NCBI RefSeq assembly: GCF_001194135.2
Contig: NC_068984.1
Coordinates: forward strand, 87,553,957-87,599,893
Origin: Octopus bimaculoides
Lineage: Eukaryota
Direction: 5' to 3'
DNA: 45,937 bases
A model generated the notes under the pieces. It was not told where the DNA came from, ran no database searches, and saw only the letters and a program-made list of their open reading frames with translations. A program made the position numbers and the translations under genes. Positions within the stretch are counted from its first letter, which is position 1; each line of letters opens with the position of its first letter. Positions 23,130-35,972 of the stretch are shown piece by piece.

Positions 23130-24820
23130 AAAGTTCTTGAAAGTAAATTCTAATTTATGTTTACAGTTGACGATAACTTCATTACGTTTGTTAAGAATTG
23201 TTTTCCTATTGGCAAATATAATTACAGGGTTTTCGCGGACGAAAAGCTTACGGAGACTCCCATTACTCTAATTGAGCTAGGACAGACCATGTAATGTCAT
23301 AGTTGATGCTTTGGAACTTGAGTAAATGAACATGTTCACATAATGAAGTATTAGCTTTAAGATTGGCGTTACGATTGGCTTTAAGATTGGTAGTTTGTGT
23401 GTGTGTTTGTGTGTGTGTATCGAGGGGCGGTTGATAGTTTCATTGGGTTAGTGATGGCTATTGTTGTTACTAGGCAATGAATTTTGTTGTTACTAGGCAC
23501 TGAAACACTACCGTTGGCTAAGACGAAGTTTTCGTTCAATGGACATGTCTTTTCAGGTTTGAAATTACATCCGTGTTCAGGCGGAAATGCTGTTGTTGTT
23601 GATAATGATGATGATGATGATGATGTTAATGTAGTAAGCTGGTTGTCAATTATTCTTGGTAGAAATGCTATTTTCGACGTTGGAATCTAACTCAATTGTG
23701 GGCGTTGCTGTATTATTCGGACCGGCTGTGGCTAAGATCACCCCAGGCGAGTCGGAAGAGAATTCGGTCGTAGATTCTGCACCAACGCAGCTCAGAATAT
23801 TGTGTTTATAGATTTGGGTTTTACTTTTCTTACATTGTCTGATAGTGAGGGGTAAACGATTTAGCTTCCTTAATTTATGCCTATTAGATGCGGATATTAT
23901 TGCTTCTAAGTTTGGGATTGTGGAATATGATAATTTCAAGATTTTTCTATTAAAGAAATTGTGGTGTATATGATTGGGTCGGATTTTAGTTATTATACTT
24001 TAAAAGGCTTTTGAAATGGAGATTTTAATGTTAGAGTTAAGAGGGCTGTACCAACATATTTGGCGTTTCCTAGGTTGGTTGTATGTAATTGTACGGATGG
24101 TCTCAGTGTTTGGTGTGTTTGTGGGAGGCTCAGAGCCCCGAGGTTCAAGATGAGCTCCACGTCCATCTTTCCTATTATTCAATCGAAGATTGTAGCAGTT
24201 GTTAGGTGTGTAAGTGGGTAGCTTATTTTCAAAGCTGTGGGATTTAGCAGATGTATTCGAGATAAAGTTTTCCCTAGTAGTTGGGTTATTTGTGTATATG
24301 GCCTGTTGACCTGTTTAAGTTTGGTGTTATCATGGTATGATATTATTTTATCATAACCACTTCTGATAAGGGGCAGATTGCAATATTCGGCATGATTTTG
24401 GAAGATAGTTTGGTTGGCAGAAAGGTTAGAGACTGTTGTGGATATGTTTTTAACGATGGTATTTCTAACTGAAAATCGATAGCTAGAGGATCTATGGATA
24501 TAGTGTAAGTTTTAATTGGAATTATAGTAGGGGTAGAAGGCTTACGAATTTAAACCTAGGGTTAGGTCAAGAAACTTAATTGTAATACTTCCCCTTTCAT
24601 AGGAGATAGGTTAAAATTTTGGAAAAATTTATGTGACTTGTTCCTCAATCTTTAACCCAGTAAGGAGAGCATCGTCTCGACATTGACCTCCTGCAATATA
24701 CGGGAAGAACTTGTGGAGTTTCTTTTGTAGGTAATAAACCTACGAGACATACTATGGGTGAAATTCATCCAATTGTGAATTTTATTTATTCTAATTCTGT
24801 GTGAGGAATTTTCTGATAGG
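23130..24820 (-). mobile_element. Penelope-like retroelement relic (RT C-terminus to GIY-YIG end)
   Basis: Minus-strand motifs CRDDAL, IKFLDLTL, NLSANQTIF, KLSYSTIPNLEAIIS, TCPLNEN and terminal ILNKRNEVIVNCKHK. Confidence 0.7.
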
Positions 24821-24940
24821 AGATGTTTCAATGTTTTTTTTCTATATGTATGCCATTGTAACTTCTATCAAAAAACGAAACATGAGTAATTGGGAATAAA
24901 TAATGCTAAGAGTACCTCCAATCTTCTGTTTTGATATGTA

Positions 24941-26110
24941 TCAGGCTGAATAAAAAGTAAGCAACGTTTTGAAATATGAAATTCATCACAATATATTTCA
25001 ATAATGTAGAAATTTTATTCATCAAAGTAAGTACCATTACAATCAACAAATGTTTTGCCAACGAGTTAAAAGTTTGTTTATTCCGGTAACATAAACATCT
25101 GGAGTTCTGGTGCTGATGAACTCTTTCAACACACTTTCAGCATCGGTTTGATTTTTAAACTCTTTCTCTTGCAGAAAACCATCAAGATGCTTGAAAAAAT
25201 GATAGTCGGTAGGAAAAAGATCTGGGGAATAAGCTGGGTGGGGAAGAACTTTGTAGCCAAGTTCCCTCAACTTCTGGAACGTCATTTGTGAAATGTGTGG
25301 TCGAGCATTGGCATGAAGAATGATCAGCCCTCTTCTGTTGACCAGTCTGAGACGGTGGAGTAGCAGTTTTTCTTTCATTTTGGCAATTTCATGGCAATAT
25401 GTTTTTGCAGTAATGGTTTTTCCAGGTTTTAAGAAGTTATAGCAATACACCACCAACTAAACACCATAACGCTTTTATTGAAGAGCTCGGGTTTAGGGAA
25501 GGTTTTTGGTGCTTCATTTTGTCCCAACCACTGCGAAGAACGTTTTTATTATTATACAGAATCCACTTTTTATCGCATGTTACAATATGGTCGAGAAATG
25601 GATCGTTCGGGTTACGGAGAAGAAGCGATGAGCAAATTTCAGATCTGCGCATTTTCTGATTTTCATTCAAATTTTGTGGTACCCATTTGTCGAGCTTTTT
25701 TGATTTTCCCATCGCATGCAAATGGTTGCAGGCAGTTTTCCGGCTAACGTGAAGTTCTCTTGCCAGTTCGTGGATCTTTCTCAATGACAATCTTTAATTG
25801 ACCACCATCGATGACAGATGGGTGTCCGCTATGCTCACGATCTTCAAGGCTCAGGTCTCCACTGCGAAATCGTTTAAACCATTTTCGAGCTGACCACTCA
25901 CTGGTCATTTCCTCACCAAATGTTTCATTGATATCGCGAGCAGTTTCAGCTGCTTTACCTCCTTTTTTGAAGTTGAATAGCAAAAGTGCTCGAATATTTC
26001 ACTTTGACATTTCCATTTCAGATGATTGTAACAACGGTGAAAAAATATCAATGTTAACTTATTGATGCATTTGGGCAAGTCTATGTCTGTATTATCTGAC
26101 AATTGCAAAA
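24941..26110 (-). mobile_element. Near full-length mariner (D,D34D) element; transposase pseudogene about 25016-26016
   Basis: HTH KAAETARDIN..ARKWFKRFRSGD, KWVPQNL, VTCDKKW, HANARPH, YSPDLFPTDYHFF. TA plus TIR-like end at 24939-24965; frameshifts and altered catalytic motifs. Confidence 0.92.
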
Positions 26111-26159
26111 AAAAAAAATGTTTTTAAAAATTCTAAACTCTGCAAAAATGCGGTACTTG

Positions 26160-26232
26160 ATCTCTCTCTCTCTCTCTGTCTCTCTCTATCTTTCTCTGTC
26201 TCTCTCTATCTTTCTCTGTCTTTCTCTGTCTT

Positions 26233-26283
<51 letters not shown>

Positions 26284-26345
26284 GTGTCTTTCTCTCTCTC
26301 TGTCTTTCTCTCTCTCTTTCTCTCTCACGTTCTCTCTTTCTCTCA
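26160..26345. repeat. Degenerate (TC)n/(TCTG) repeat
   Basis: Direct reading. Confidence 0.9.
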
Positions 26346-26354
26346 GTATATATA

Positions 26355-27237
26355 CAGGGGTTGGATAAAATAATGGAAGCACCCATCATAATTTCGAAAT
26401 ATCTATAAAACCGTCAAAAGCTTGTTTATTTTTATGTTTTTTGATTTATTATTAGTGTTGCTTAATAAATATGTTTTGCTAAAATTGCTGTTTCTTTTCA
26501 GATATAATCAGAAAAAGGTAATTAAAATTCATTGAAATGATAGATCTACTGAACTTTCAAAGAGGTCAAATTGTTGGTGCTTGTATGGCATAACGAAAAC
26601 AGGCGAAATGTTTGTTGTATCAAGAAGTACTGTCTCGAAAGTAATGACAGCCTTTGAGAAAGACGAAAAAACTCTCTCGACGAAACAAAACTCCGGAAGA
26701 AAACCAAAATTTTCAGATAGGGACCGTCGGACTCTTACGCGAATTGTGAGAAAGGTTCACAAAACTGCAGCTCCCCAAATTACNNNNNNNNNNTGTAGCC
26801 AAGACTATTTAAGCATTTTATCTGTCCAAATTCATCCTAAGGTTGCGGAACTCTTTCCGGAGGGAAATGCAATCAGGATGATAATGCACCAATTCACACA
26901 GCTAAAGTTATTACTGAATGGCACAAGGAACATTCTAGTGAAGTTGAACATCTTATCTGGCCACCACAGTCCTCAGATCTCAATATTATTGAACATTTAT
27001 GGTCCATATTAGAAAAACAAGTAAGGAGTCGATATCCTCCACCATCATCACTACGAGAACTGGAGACTGTTTTAGCTGAAGAATGGACAAAAATTCCTTT
27101 AGAAACAATTCAAACTTTGTACGAGTCCATAACTCGTAGAATTCCAGCTGTAATTACTGCCAAAGGCGGTCCTACCCCATATTAAAATAAACTTGTTTGA
27201 AATTTTAAGGTGTTTTCGTTATTTTGTCCAACCACTG
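26355..27237 (+). mobile_element. Tc1-family (DD34E) element with both TIRs; middle missing at a 10-N gap
   Basis: Left TIR CAGGGGTTGGATAAAATAATGGAAGCACC versus right-end reverse complement CAGTGGTTGGACAAAATAACGAAAACACC. HTH FQRGQIVGA..VSRSTVSKV and WPPQSSDLNIIEHLW motifs present. Confidence 0.9.
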
Positions 27238-27239
27238 TG

Positions 27240-27271
<32 letters not shown>

Positions 27272-28079
27272 TTATGTACGTACATATGTATGTATGTATT
27301 TATGTATGTATGTATGTCCATATACATGTACACACCCACAAATAGATACAAATAGAAATGAAGGTGACAAACATCGTTAAACGACCGAAAAAATCTGGAA
27401 CTTGTCTGCAATATCCTCCAAAGACTTCACTTCAGATAACCTAATATAATGTGGTAGTACACACAGTAACTCAAACTTACAATAAAATTAGAAAATAAAC
27501 TAATGTTAAATTAATCAACTTCCGCCATACGTATATAAGCCTACTCACTATTAAATCAATTGAAAAACGTGTGTGAAATAAGACAGATGTGGCTACGAGG
27601 GACTTTGTTGTAGCCCTCCTCGTACACCGATTACTTTCGGCAGAATGCAGAATGCATTTCATAGCTTTGCTGCTGTTCTTTCCGCCGTGTTCCTTCTCAG
27701 TAAATTAGCACACGATTTCCCTAATTTTTGAAATCAGCACCAAGCCGGTGAGCTGAATTTGAAATCAATATTGACTGATATATAAACAATCTCACTGATA
27801 ATAGACGTGCTGTTTCAAACACAATGAAGCACATGATATCCAGCTGTCGAAAAAATTGATATTTCAGTTGTTAGGCTAGTATGAAGACTTTCTAAGTTGT
27901 TTAGTCAGAGTAAACCTTGATCGGGTAGAACCATGACTACAGGAATCTAGTTGTAGGAAAACTTTTTCTGGTGTTACTGACTCGACGGTTGAGACTTCAA
28001 GCTCTTTCTAGGTGTGTCGCTGTGCTAATCCTGCACATTTTAAACAAATAAACCCTTACAACGAAGCTATTTTATTTCT

Positions 28080-28330
28080 CCAAATCTTCAGCGTTGATAT
28101 TTACCTTCATTGGTCAACTCAAGGATGTCATCGGTGGTTACTGTCATTATTTCTTCGTAAAATTCCTGGAAGTTATCGAATGTTTCTGGCGATAGCTTCT
28201 TCCAAACTCTTTTCGTGCGGTTTTTGGTTAGTTCGTTCCAAACTTCTTGGAAATTATCTCCGACTCTCATGATATGGAAGATAGTTTATCAGCTATTTCT
28301 TCAACAAGTTTCCTGAAACTGCATTTTTCT
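28080..28330 (-). mobile_element. Probable pogo/Tigger transposase C-terminal fragment
   Basis: EVWNELTKNRTKRVWKKLSPETFDNFQEF resembles the Tigger W.EV....I...WKKL.P..F motif. Confidence 0.5.
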
Positions 28331-28383
28331 AATCATAAAAGAGCTGATCACATTCAACAAGTTTGGAATTTTTAGTCTTTTAC

Positions 28384-28575
28384 CGGCAAGCTGGCAGAAT
28401 CCTTAGCACGCAGGGAAAAATGTTTAGCAACATTTCGTCCGTCTTCACGTTCCGAGTTCAAATTCTGCCGAGGTCGACTTTGCCTTTCGGAGTCGATAAA
28501 ATAAGTACCAAAGTAATCGACTTATCCCTTCACCCGAAATTGCTGGCCTTGTGCCAACATTTGAAATCAATATTA
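28384..28575 (+). mobile_element. SINE family B
   Basis: GCTGGCAGAATCCTTAGCACG..GAGTTCAAATTCTGCCGAGGTCGACTTTGCCTTTC..GATAAAATAAGTACC. Confidence 0.85.
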
Positions 28576-29195
28576 AGTCGGCGAGCTGAAACATGAAATC
28601 AGTATTGCTGGCTCTGTGCCAAAATTTGAAATCAGCACTAAGCTGGTGAGCTGAATTTGATATGTAAACTGATATGTAAACAATCTCACTGACAACACAC
28701 GTGCTGTTTCAGCAACAATGAAACATGATATCCAGCTGTCTAAAAAATTGATATTTCAGTTGTTAGGCTAGTATGAAGACTTTCTATGTTATTTAGTCAG
28801 GGTCAACCTTAATCGGATAGAACCATGATTACAGGTATTCTTTCCATTAGCATCTCATTTTTTAGGCATATATAGGACTATACTATCTAATGTATTGTGT
28901 CTTCATATAAGCCAGTAGTGTGATGTCAGAAAGTTTGGGCATCGTTATCTAGCTGGTCGAACGACGATGCAGAGGCTCCTTTGTTAATTGTTAGAAACAG
29001 GAAAAAAAAAATATTTGTTTGTTATTTTACTGCTTGCATTCATTGGACTGTGGTCAGCCTTCAAGGGTTTTATCCGACCATATTGACTCAGGCAGTTATA
29101 CTTATGTGTTACTTAGTGTATCCCTCCTATTTATTGAACCGTTAAATGGATACACATGAACGTATGTATGTATGTATGTATGTATGTATGTATGT

Positions 29196-32100
29196 CTCTT
29201 CTATTTTTTAATTATTATAAATCTTCCACTGAGGAGGGAGCCGGTTTCCAACAAAGATACAAGACTCCATCTTTGGGATGTAGTTAACACAGACAAATTC
29301 ACATTTGGTACTTGAGAAAAGTCTTGCATATTTTTACTGTTCCACTCACAGATTGCACTTGCAATGTACGAATTAGCTGGTTAATTTCTTTCTGAAAATC
29401 CCAGTTTATTCAGATTCCCCTTTAAGCATTTACTAACAAAACCTAGTGCTCCAATTATTATTGGTATGAATATGAATTCAGAGTCTGAATATAGAAGCAG
29501 GAGGTTTCGAAACAGTTGTCATAGATATCCTCTTTTACTCTGATTTTCAAAGAGATATTTATATCTGCAGGGCAGCTGACCTCTATGATGATGGTACATA
29601 CCTTTGCCTCTCTGTCCCAAACAACAATATTTGGCCTGTTATGTTTACATTTGACAGAAGTTTTGATGGGAATATTCCACCAGTATTCCTTGAGTTGGTG
29701 TTTATGAATGTATTCCACAGCAGAAGAATTTTCTGAGTTTATTTCAGGACAGTCTTTTTTGCGGATGGCATTGTAAATTGTTTTAACAGCAACATCGTAC
29801 CGCATAGGGAGGTAGTACCGTGACAACATTTTAGTACATCTGCTAATCACATGCGTAATGTCTTCCACAGAAACGTGACATAGCCTACACATGCGGTTGC
29901 ACCTTGGGATTACAAGAGCGTCATTGTCGCTCTTGTTCACCAGGTATTTTGTGGCAATCTCCTGTTCCTGGATTGCAAACGCATAGCCTTCAAAATGTGA
30001 TGTGGTCTTGTGTCCAAGAGAGGCTGCACTTCGTGTCAATTCTACTGTATTCTTCAAGCTTCCAGGCAACATACTCATGCATGGTCTTTTTTTTTGTATG
30101 CTGAGTGCTTTCTCTGAGGTAAGAGAGCCCAGCTGTTTTGGGGCTGTATAGGAGATCATCAGGAAGAGAGTGTTTCTTGAGGAGTTCACTGCCAACTCGT
30201 ACAATGTTGCTCATTTCACTTTTCAGCACTGCATTGATATATTTATTTTTGCTGCTATTCTTTAGCGGGTGCTGCCTGAGTGATACCATACGGCATTCGA
30301 AGGCTATCTGCACTGATCTTAGGCTTCTACCACCTTAATTTCTTCTTAGGTAGAGCCTGTCAACATTACTATTTCAGTGGAAGTTCCCAGTTGTTGTCAA
30401 GATTTTGTTGGTTTTGATATCAATGGAGTGGACCAATCAAATATCCCAAATGTTGGGATCAGCGTTGGTGTTGCAAATACATTGTGGGATATTGTTTTGT
30501 TGTAAGAGAATTCAGACTGCCATATTTTCCTAAGTCTGGTGTAATATTCTCGGGTCACTCTATCTTTATTCACAAGTACCTAGGTACTTGTAACATTCTT
30601 TGTGTGGAATAGGGGAGATAGAGAGACTGTTGATGCACAGGTTTTGGGTTTGGGGGACTGACTTACCTCATTCTATAATCAAATTCGAACAATTCTTTTG
30701 GCCAAATTCCATGCCTATATCAGCAGAAAATGTTATCAATTCCAGTTGGTTTTTGGCATTGTTAACACTTTTAGATAAATCTTCAAGTCGTCTACAAAGA
30801 AATTATGAGTTACATTAATATTTCTAGCATGTAACCATTTATTTTCTGCAGTAGGAACGATAATGGATTCAGTGCCAAAATGAAAAGAAGTACAGAAAGA
30901 CCATCTCCCTGGAATATTCCCTCTAAAATGCCTATTCTATTAGAAACAGTTATTCTATTCTCGGTTGTAAGGGTAAGAATTGTTGTCCATGTCTTTGTGA
31001 GTCTCTTTATAACAAGAATTAAAGTAGTGGGTACTTTTCCAGATGTAGGTACTTCAGCAGCCATGAATGAAGGATAGAGTCGAATGCCTTCTTATAGTGA
31101 AGTCATACTGTCACAAGGTTTCTATGTTGTTTTCTTACTTTAGACAGTACAACTTTGTTTAAAAGTTGCTCGGCACATCCCCACACTCCCATCTTTCCAC
31201 CAGCCTGTTCGTCAGTCACAATATTGTTCGACTCAAAATGGTTCCGGAGGAATTGGTTGGGGTAACTTGTGTGCTGTTCGTACATAATGTTTAGGCAAGC
31301 AATGGGCCTGTAGTTTCCTGCCATCTCGGTGATTTCCTTTTTGGCAACAAAATTCGTCCTTGCTGTAGCAAGCCAATTTGGTATATCAGTCTGACCTTCC
31401 ATAGTCCTTTTGACCATATATATATCAATTGTTTTCTATAAAATGTCAGCTTCTTGTACCAACATCCAACTATTAGATCCCTTCCAGGTGCCTTCCCATT
31501 CTGCAGTTTGTCTACTGCTATAGCGAAGGTTTCTGCATCATTTTTGTATGTTTTACTGTTAGTGTTGGTACAGCATTTTCTCCCAATTATATTTAACCAT
31601 GATGCATTCAGGGTTGAAATCCCTCTTTTCATTCCAATTTTTTTTTTTTACCAAAATGATTGTAGATCTTAGGAGGGACCTTTCTTAATGGTAATGTTTT
31701 TCTTCCTCATCTCTCTCTGTATAATGTTTGTGGGTTGGAAGCAAACTTGCGATTAATACTGGCTCGTTCAAAAATTCGCATGCGATAGCGGAGTTTCTCG
31801 CTCATCGTCCCGAGTTCATATTTTAAAGTGACTAGCTTTCCTTCAAGAACTCGGTGTGAAGAGTTGCCATAAAGTTTCGTTAATTTTTGTCAAAGGTTGA
31901 GTTGAGGAGGTGTAAACTCATTTTTCTCTTTACATTTTATTGTTGAAGTTAAGCATCCAATATGGCGGCGCACGTTGTTGATGTTTTCTTCAAGTTTTGT
32001 TTTTCATCTAGGTTGTTTCCGTTTAGTAATTTCGTTACTTTGTTCACTGTAGATTTCTCCTAGGTGTCCTTTAAGAGTAATAGCAGCTGTGTATATAAGA

Positions 32101-32230
32101 GTATTAAATATTCCAGTAATTAACATCACATGATTCTTTATGCTCTCCAGCAACATCGTTGATAACCTTATACATTAGATCGGTCGGATTTTTTCTCACT
32201 TTTTTTGGAGATGGTCTGTTTCCTGGAAAT
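29196..32230 (-). mobile_element. R4/Dong-clade non-LTR retrotransposon (RT, CCHC, REL endonuclease), degraded and 5'-truncated
   Basis: KAPGRD, NYRPIACLN, GIFQGDGLSVLLF, FVDDLK, CRLCHVSVEDITHVISRC, HNRPNIVVWD..EVSCP, SVSGTVKICKTF. The 3' end abuts (CATA)n. Confidence 0.92.
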
Positions 32231-32498
32231 TTTAAAATCTAAATAATTTTAGAGTCTAAAGAATTAAGACTAAAATACATAAATTATATAATATATATCA
32301 AAGCTAAAATACTATAAATTAAATATATTTACATTAAATAAATTAATTGATTAAAATATTTATATTATTTATCTAATAAAAATCATAGTATCATTTAATT
32401 ATTAATTTATAATATTCACTAAAAATATTTTCGTACTAATTAATACACAATTAATAATTACAAATTATAACTACTACAATTAGTAAAATAGGATTTAT

Positions 32499-32531
<33 letters not shown>

Positions 32532-32674
32532 CACACACACACACACGCACACACACACACACACATACACACACATATATATATATGTATATACATACAT
32601 ACACACACAAATATACATATATATATACACAGTTAGCTAAGCTTATAATATAAACAATTTAATTTATGTCTACA

Positions 32675-33098
32675 TTAAATTTTCCGTTCATCAAGGGAGT
32701 TAATTAAAGTATTATTATTATTTAATAATATCTCCTTAAATTCATTAGTACACAACTTACAAAAATTACTACCTATACGATAAGATTTCGCCTTACAAAC
32801 TATCTCCCAATTTAAAATGTACTTCCTATTTTTAGATTTTAGTTCCCAAATATATTTACTAAGGCCAGTAGAATTAATCAAATTTCTATTCTTAAAGGAA
32901 TTCATGTGTTGAGCCACACGTAATTTAATTTTATTCGAAGTCGATCCTATGTAAAATTTATTTAAATTATAACCATTAAATTTATTCCCGTCCATTAAAG
33001 TCGCTATACATTTATACACCACATCCTTCAAATCACATTTATTATTAAATTTACATTTGTTCTTATCTCTACATGTACAATTATTTATATCCTGGTCC

Positions 33099-33152
<54 letters not shown>

Positions 33153-33238
33153 GAATAAGTATTTAATTTATATTTGTAATACTTATTTAACTTAAATCTA
33201 TTAAAAGAAGAAATAATTATTAGTAGTAGAATAACCAA
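32675..33238 (-). pseudogene. Penelope GIY-YIG endonuclease domain with in-frame (AAT)n poly-Asn
   Basis: CTCRDKNKC..C..KDVVY, FYIGST..KLRVAQH, STGLSKYIWELK, WEIV, CKLC. An in-frame TAA precedes CRHK. Confidence 0.88.
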
Positions 33239-33899
33239 CTCCCAAATTATTACTAGAAAAAATATATTTTTTATTATCTCTAAGGATTATATCAATTATA
33301 TTTAAAATCTCTTTAATAATGTTAGTTTTAACTTGGATGCCGTAAGGAATGATTAACCAAAGTTTGTTCTTATTATAGATATTATTATATTTATTATTTA
33401 TATTATTAAATTTATTATTATTATTTTGTCCATTACAATTATGTTTATGTTTTTTATTACCATAATACCTATTATTCTTACCATTGTTACCTAAGTAGAC
33501 CTTATCATAATTCTGAATGTTATGTTTATTATAAAAAATAAATGGATCATTAATATTATAATCTTTAATATTATAATTAAATTTCGGATTATTAAAAAAT
33601 TGAACATTATTAGTATATCCCGCCTCACGAAGGGCTTCATTGTAATAAGGTGCATGTTTTTCGAAAATCTCAGAATTGGAAGAAAGTAATAATATTCTCT
33701 TACCTATAGTATATGTTAACGATTTCTTAATTGAGGGTGGATGATTACTATTAGCATTAATGTATCTAATGTTTCCATTAATTTTATGGACAGGTTGGGT
33801 TTTACCTGTTATTAAATTAAAATTAGCATCTAAATAATTAATATTATCGTTCTCCTTATATATAGTAATCGTTAAGTTAATAGTATAACGTTTAAAATT
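33201..33899 (-). pseudogene. 233-codon stop-free Penelope RT C-terminal frame lacking a start codon (absent from the ORF track)
   Basis: Manual translation: NINYLDANFNL..YINANSNHPPSIKK..LSSNSEIFEKHAPYYNEALREAGY..LWLIIPYG..GVGYSTT. Confidence 0.85.
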
Positions 33900-34047
33900 T
33901 TAGTTTAAATTAAAGCTTCGATAAGATAAGTATTGCATTTATTTTCAGTAATATTGTTAAATGTTTTTCTTTTATTTATTGGTAAAATAAGTATTTTTAT
34001 GTAAATTCATTTAATATTTATTGTTAGTCGATATATATATACATTCA

Positions 34048-34051
<4 letters not shown>

Positions 34052-34117
<66 letters not shown>

Positions 34118-34118
34118 G
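34052..34118. repeat. (TTA)n microsatellite
   Basis: Direct reading. Confidence 0.97.
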
Positions 34119-34265
34119 TATTTTGACCCGAAGATTAACTATATTTTTGAATAGAATTGATTTTCGATCGATTTAGTTTGAATCGATTTGATTTTTATTT
34201 CATTTTTCTATTTGAAAATGTAGTTATGAAACACGTGTAGTCGTTTTATTATTTTATTATTCTAA

Positions 34266-34640
34266 GTGAATAAAGATGACCCAACTTTACTCCACGACAA
34301 TGCACGTTCTCACACTCCTCAAGCTACGGTCCAAAAGTTGCAAAGCCTGAATTATGAGGTTTTACAACATCCTCCCTACTTCCGTAATATCTCTCCTACT
34401 GATCATCACTTATTTAAGCATTTTGAGCTTTTCATAAGCAATAAAACATTCTTAAATAGAGAAGAGGTAATTGAAGCATTTGGATAGTTTATCACAGCAA
34501 AAAATGAATTTGTTTTTGATGGAATATATGACTTTGAGAAACGTTGGATAAAGGTCATAAATGAACATGGATCATACTTTGATTAAACAAATCAGTTCTC
34601 TACCTTTCAAATTCGACATTTTATGTGAAACAACCTAATA
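34266..34640 (+). mobile_element. mariner 3' fragment with terminal inverted repeat
   Basis: LLHDNARSH..HPPYFRNISPTDHHLF; ends ..GAAACAACCTAATA (reverse complement TATTAGGTTG). Confidence 0.85.
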
Positions 34641-34798
34641 TCTTTCCGTCGGCCACGCATTTTCGACAGACACCGTATATAATCATCAACAACAATCTTT
34701 GTTATTAAAACCAAAGGTACCCTACATTCCAATATATGATACCGACATATTATTTTTTTTGTTCAATGGTCATATGAACTCGTCTAAGCAAGGGATAG

Positions 34799-34935
34799 TA
34801 ATATTGGTTTCAAATTTTGGCACAAGACCAGGGGGTAAGTTGATTACATCAACCTCAATACTCACCAGGTACTTATTTTATCGATCCTGAATAGCTGAAT
34901 GGTAAAGTCGACCTCAACAGAATTTGAACTCAGAA
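34799..34935 (-). mobile_element. SINE family B, partial
   Basis: ATATTGGTTTCAAATTTTGGCACAAG..GGTACTTATTTTATCGA..AAAGTCGACCTC. Confidence 0.8.
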
Positions 34936-35972
34936 CTCCTCCACCTCCTCCTCCCCTTTCTCCCTATCTTGCTCTACCGCCTCTTTCCACCATTCATCCC
35001 CACCTCCCCTTCTCCTCCTCCTCCTCCTCCTCCCCTCCCNNNNNNNNNNNNNNNNNNNNNNNNNNNNNNNNNNNNNNNNNNNNNNNNNNNNNNNNNNNNN
35101 NNNNNNNNNNNNNNNNNNNNNNNNNNNNNNNNNNNNNNNNNNNNNNNNNNNNNNNNNNNNNNNNNNNNNNNNNNNNNNNNNNNNNNNNNNNNCACCATCA
35201 TCATCATCATCACCACCATCACCACCATCATCATCATCTCTAGCGCAACCGCCATATTCCTATTCAAAACAACAACAACAAAAAAAAAATCAATTTTAAA
35301 GCCTTGGGGGATTCCATTTAGATTTCCTCGTGCAAAGAGCGAATCCCGTTTTTGCCCTTATATTTTGTCTATCTTTCTGTTATCTTTTTAAATTTTTCAT
35401 GCCTGAAACATGATCTACATTAACTATTAATAAGATATAATCCCTGTATAATGGTATTTCACAATGGCAGACCAAGTCCTCATCTAATGATGACTGACCT
35501 ATAAATCCAAATCAATTTTCATTCCTCAACAATAACTAGTTTTCTGGTCACACTCGAAAATGTCAGGAGGTGATTAGGCTATAATAATCTGGATGACCTT
35601 TAAACATGCTCTTGATTCAAAAGTTGCGGCATTTTCTTTAGCATTTAAAAGCTCGCTAATATATGCAAAAAGGGATAAAAATAAATGCATACTGCAAATA
35701 ATGAAACGATCAACCGATACGATGAGGAACTTTGTAGTAGCCAGCATATTTGGCGTTTAGTACTGATGTCATTAAGCAAACGTGACACTAGCTATATTAG
35801 CAAGAGACAGCTTCATAATAATAGAATACATACACATGTTGAATATTCTTTATAATTTATCTTTACTTGATTTTGAAATAGGATAAGTTATAGCACTTCT
35901 TGGTGAAAAGTCATCATTAAAATATAAGTAAATATAATCTATAATATATGATAATACGATATGATAGATATA

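Larger units (their letters stand above)
27727..28835. repeat. Pair of about 215-bp direct repeats (27727-27943 and 28625-28835)
   Basis: Long shared blocks, e.g. TGATATCCAGCTGTC.AAAAAATTGATATTTCAGTTGTTAGGCTAGTATGAAGACTTTCTA. Confidence 0.9.
32235..34020 (-). mobile_element. Very AT-rich 5'-truncated Penelope-like element
   Basis: RT C-terminal, linker and GIY-YIG motifs are collinear on the minus strand, followed by an AT-rich 3' region with CA/TACA repeats. Confidence 0.85.

Noticed and set aside
32640-33960. Alternative (ciliate-type TAA=Gln) genetic code for the AT-rich Penelope
   Set aside because: The 233-codon frame contains no internal TAA or TAG. The breaks are frameshifts plus one TAA that is explained by an AAA-to-TAA mutation.
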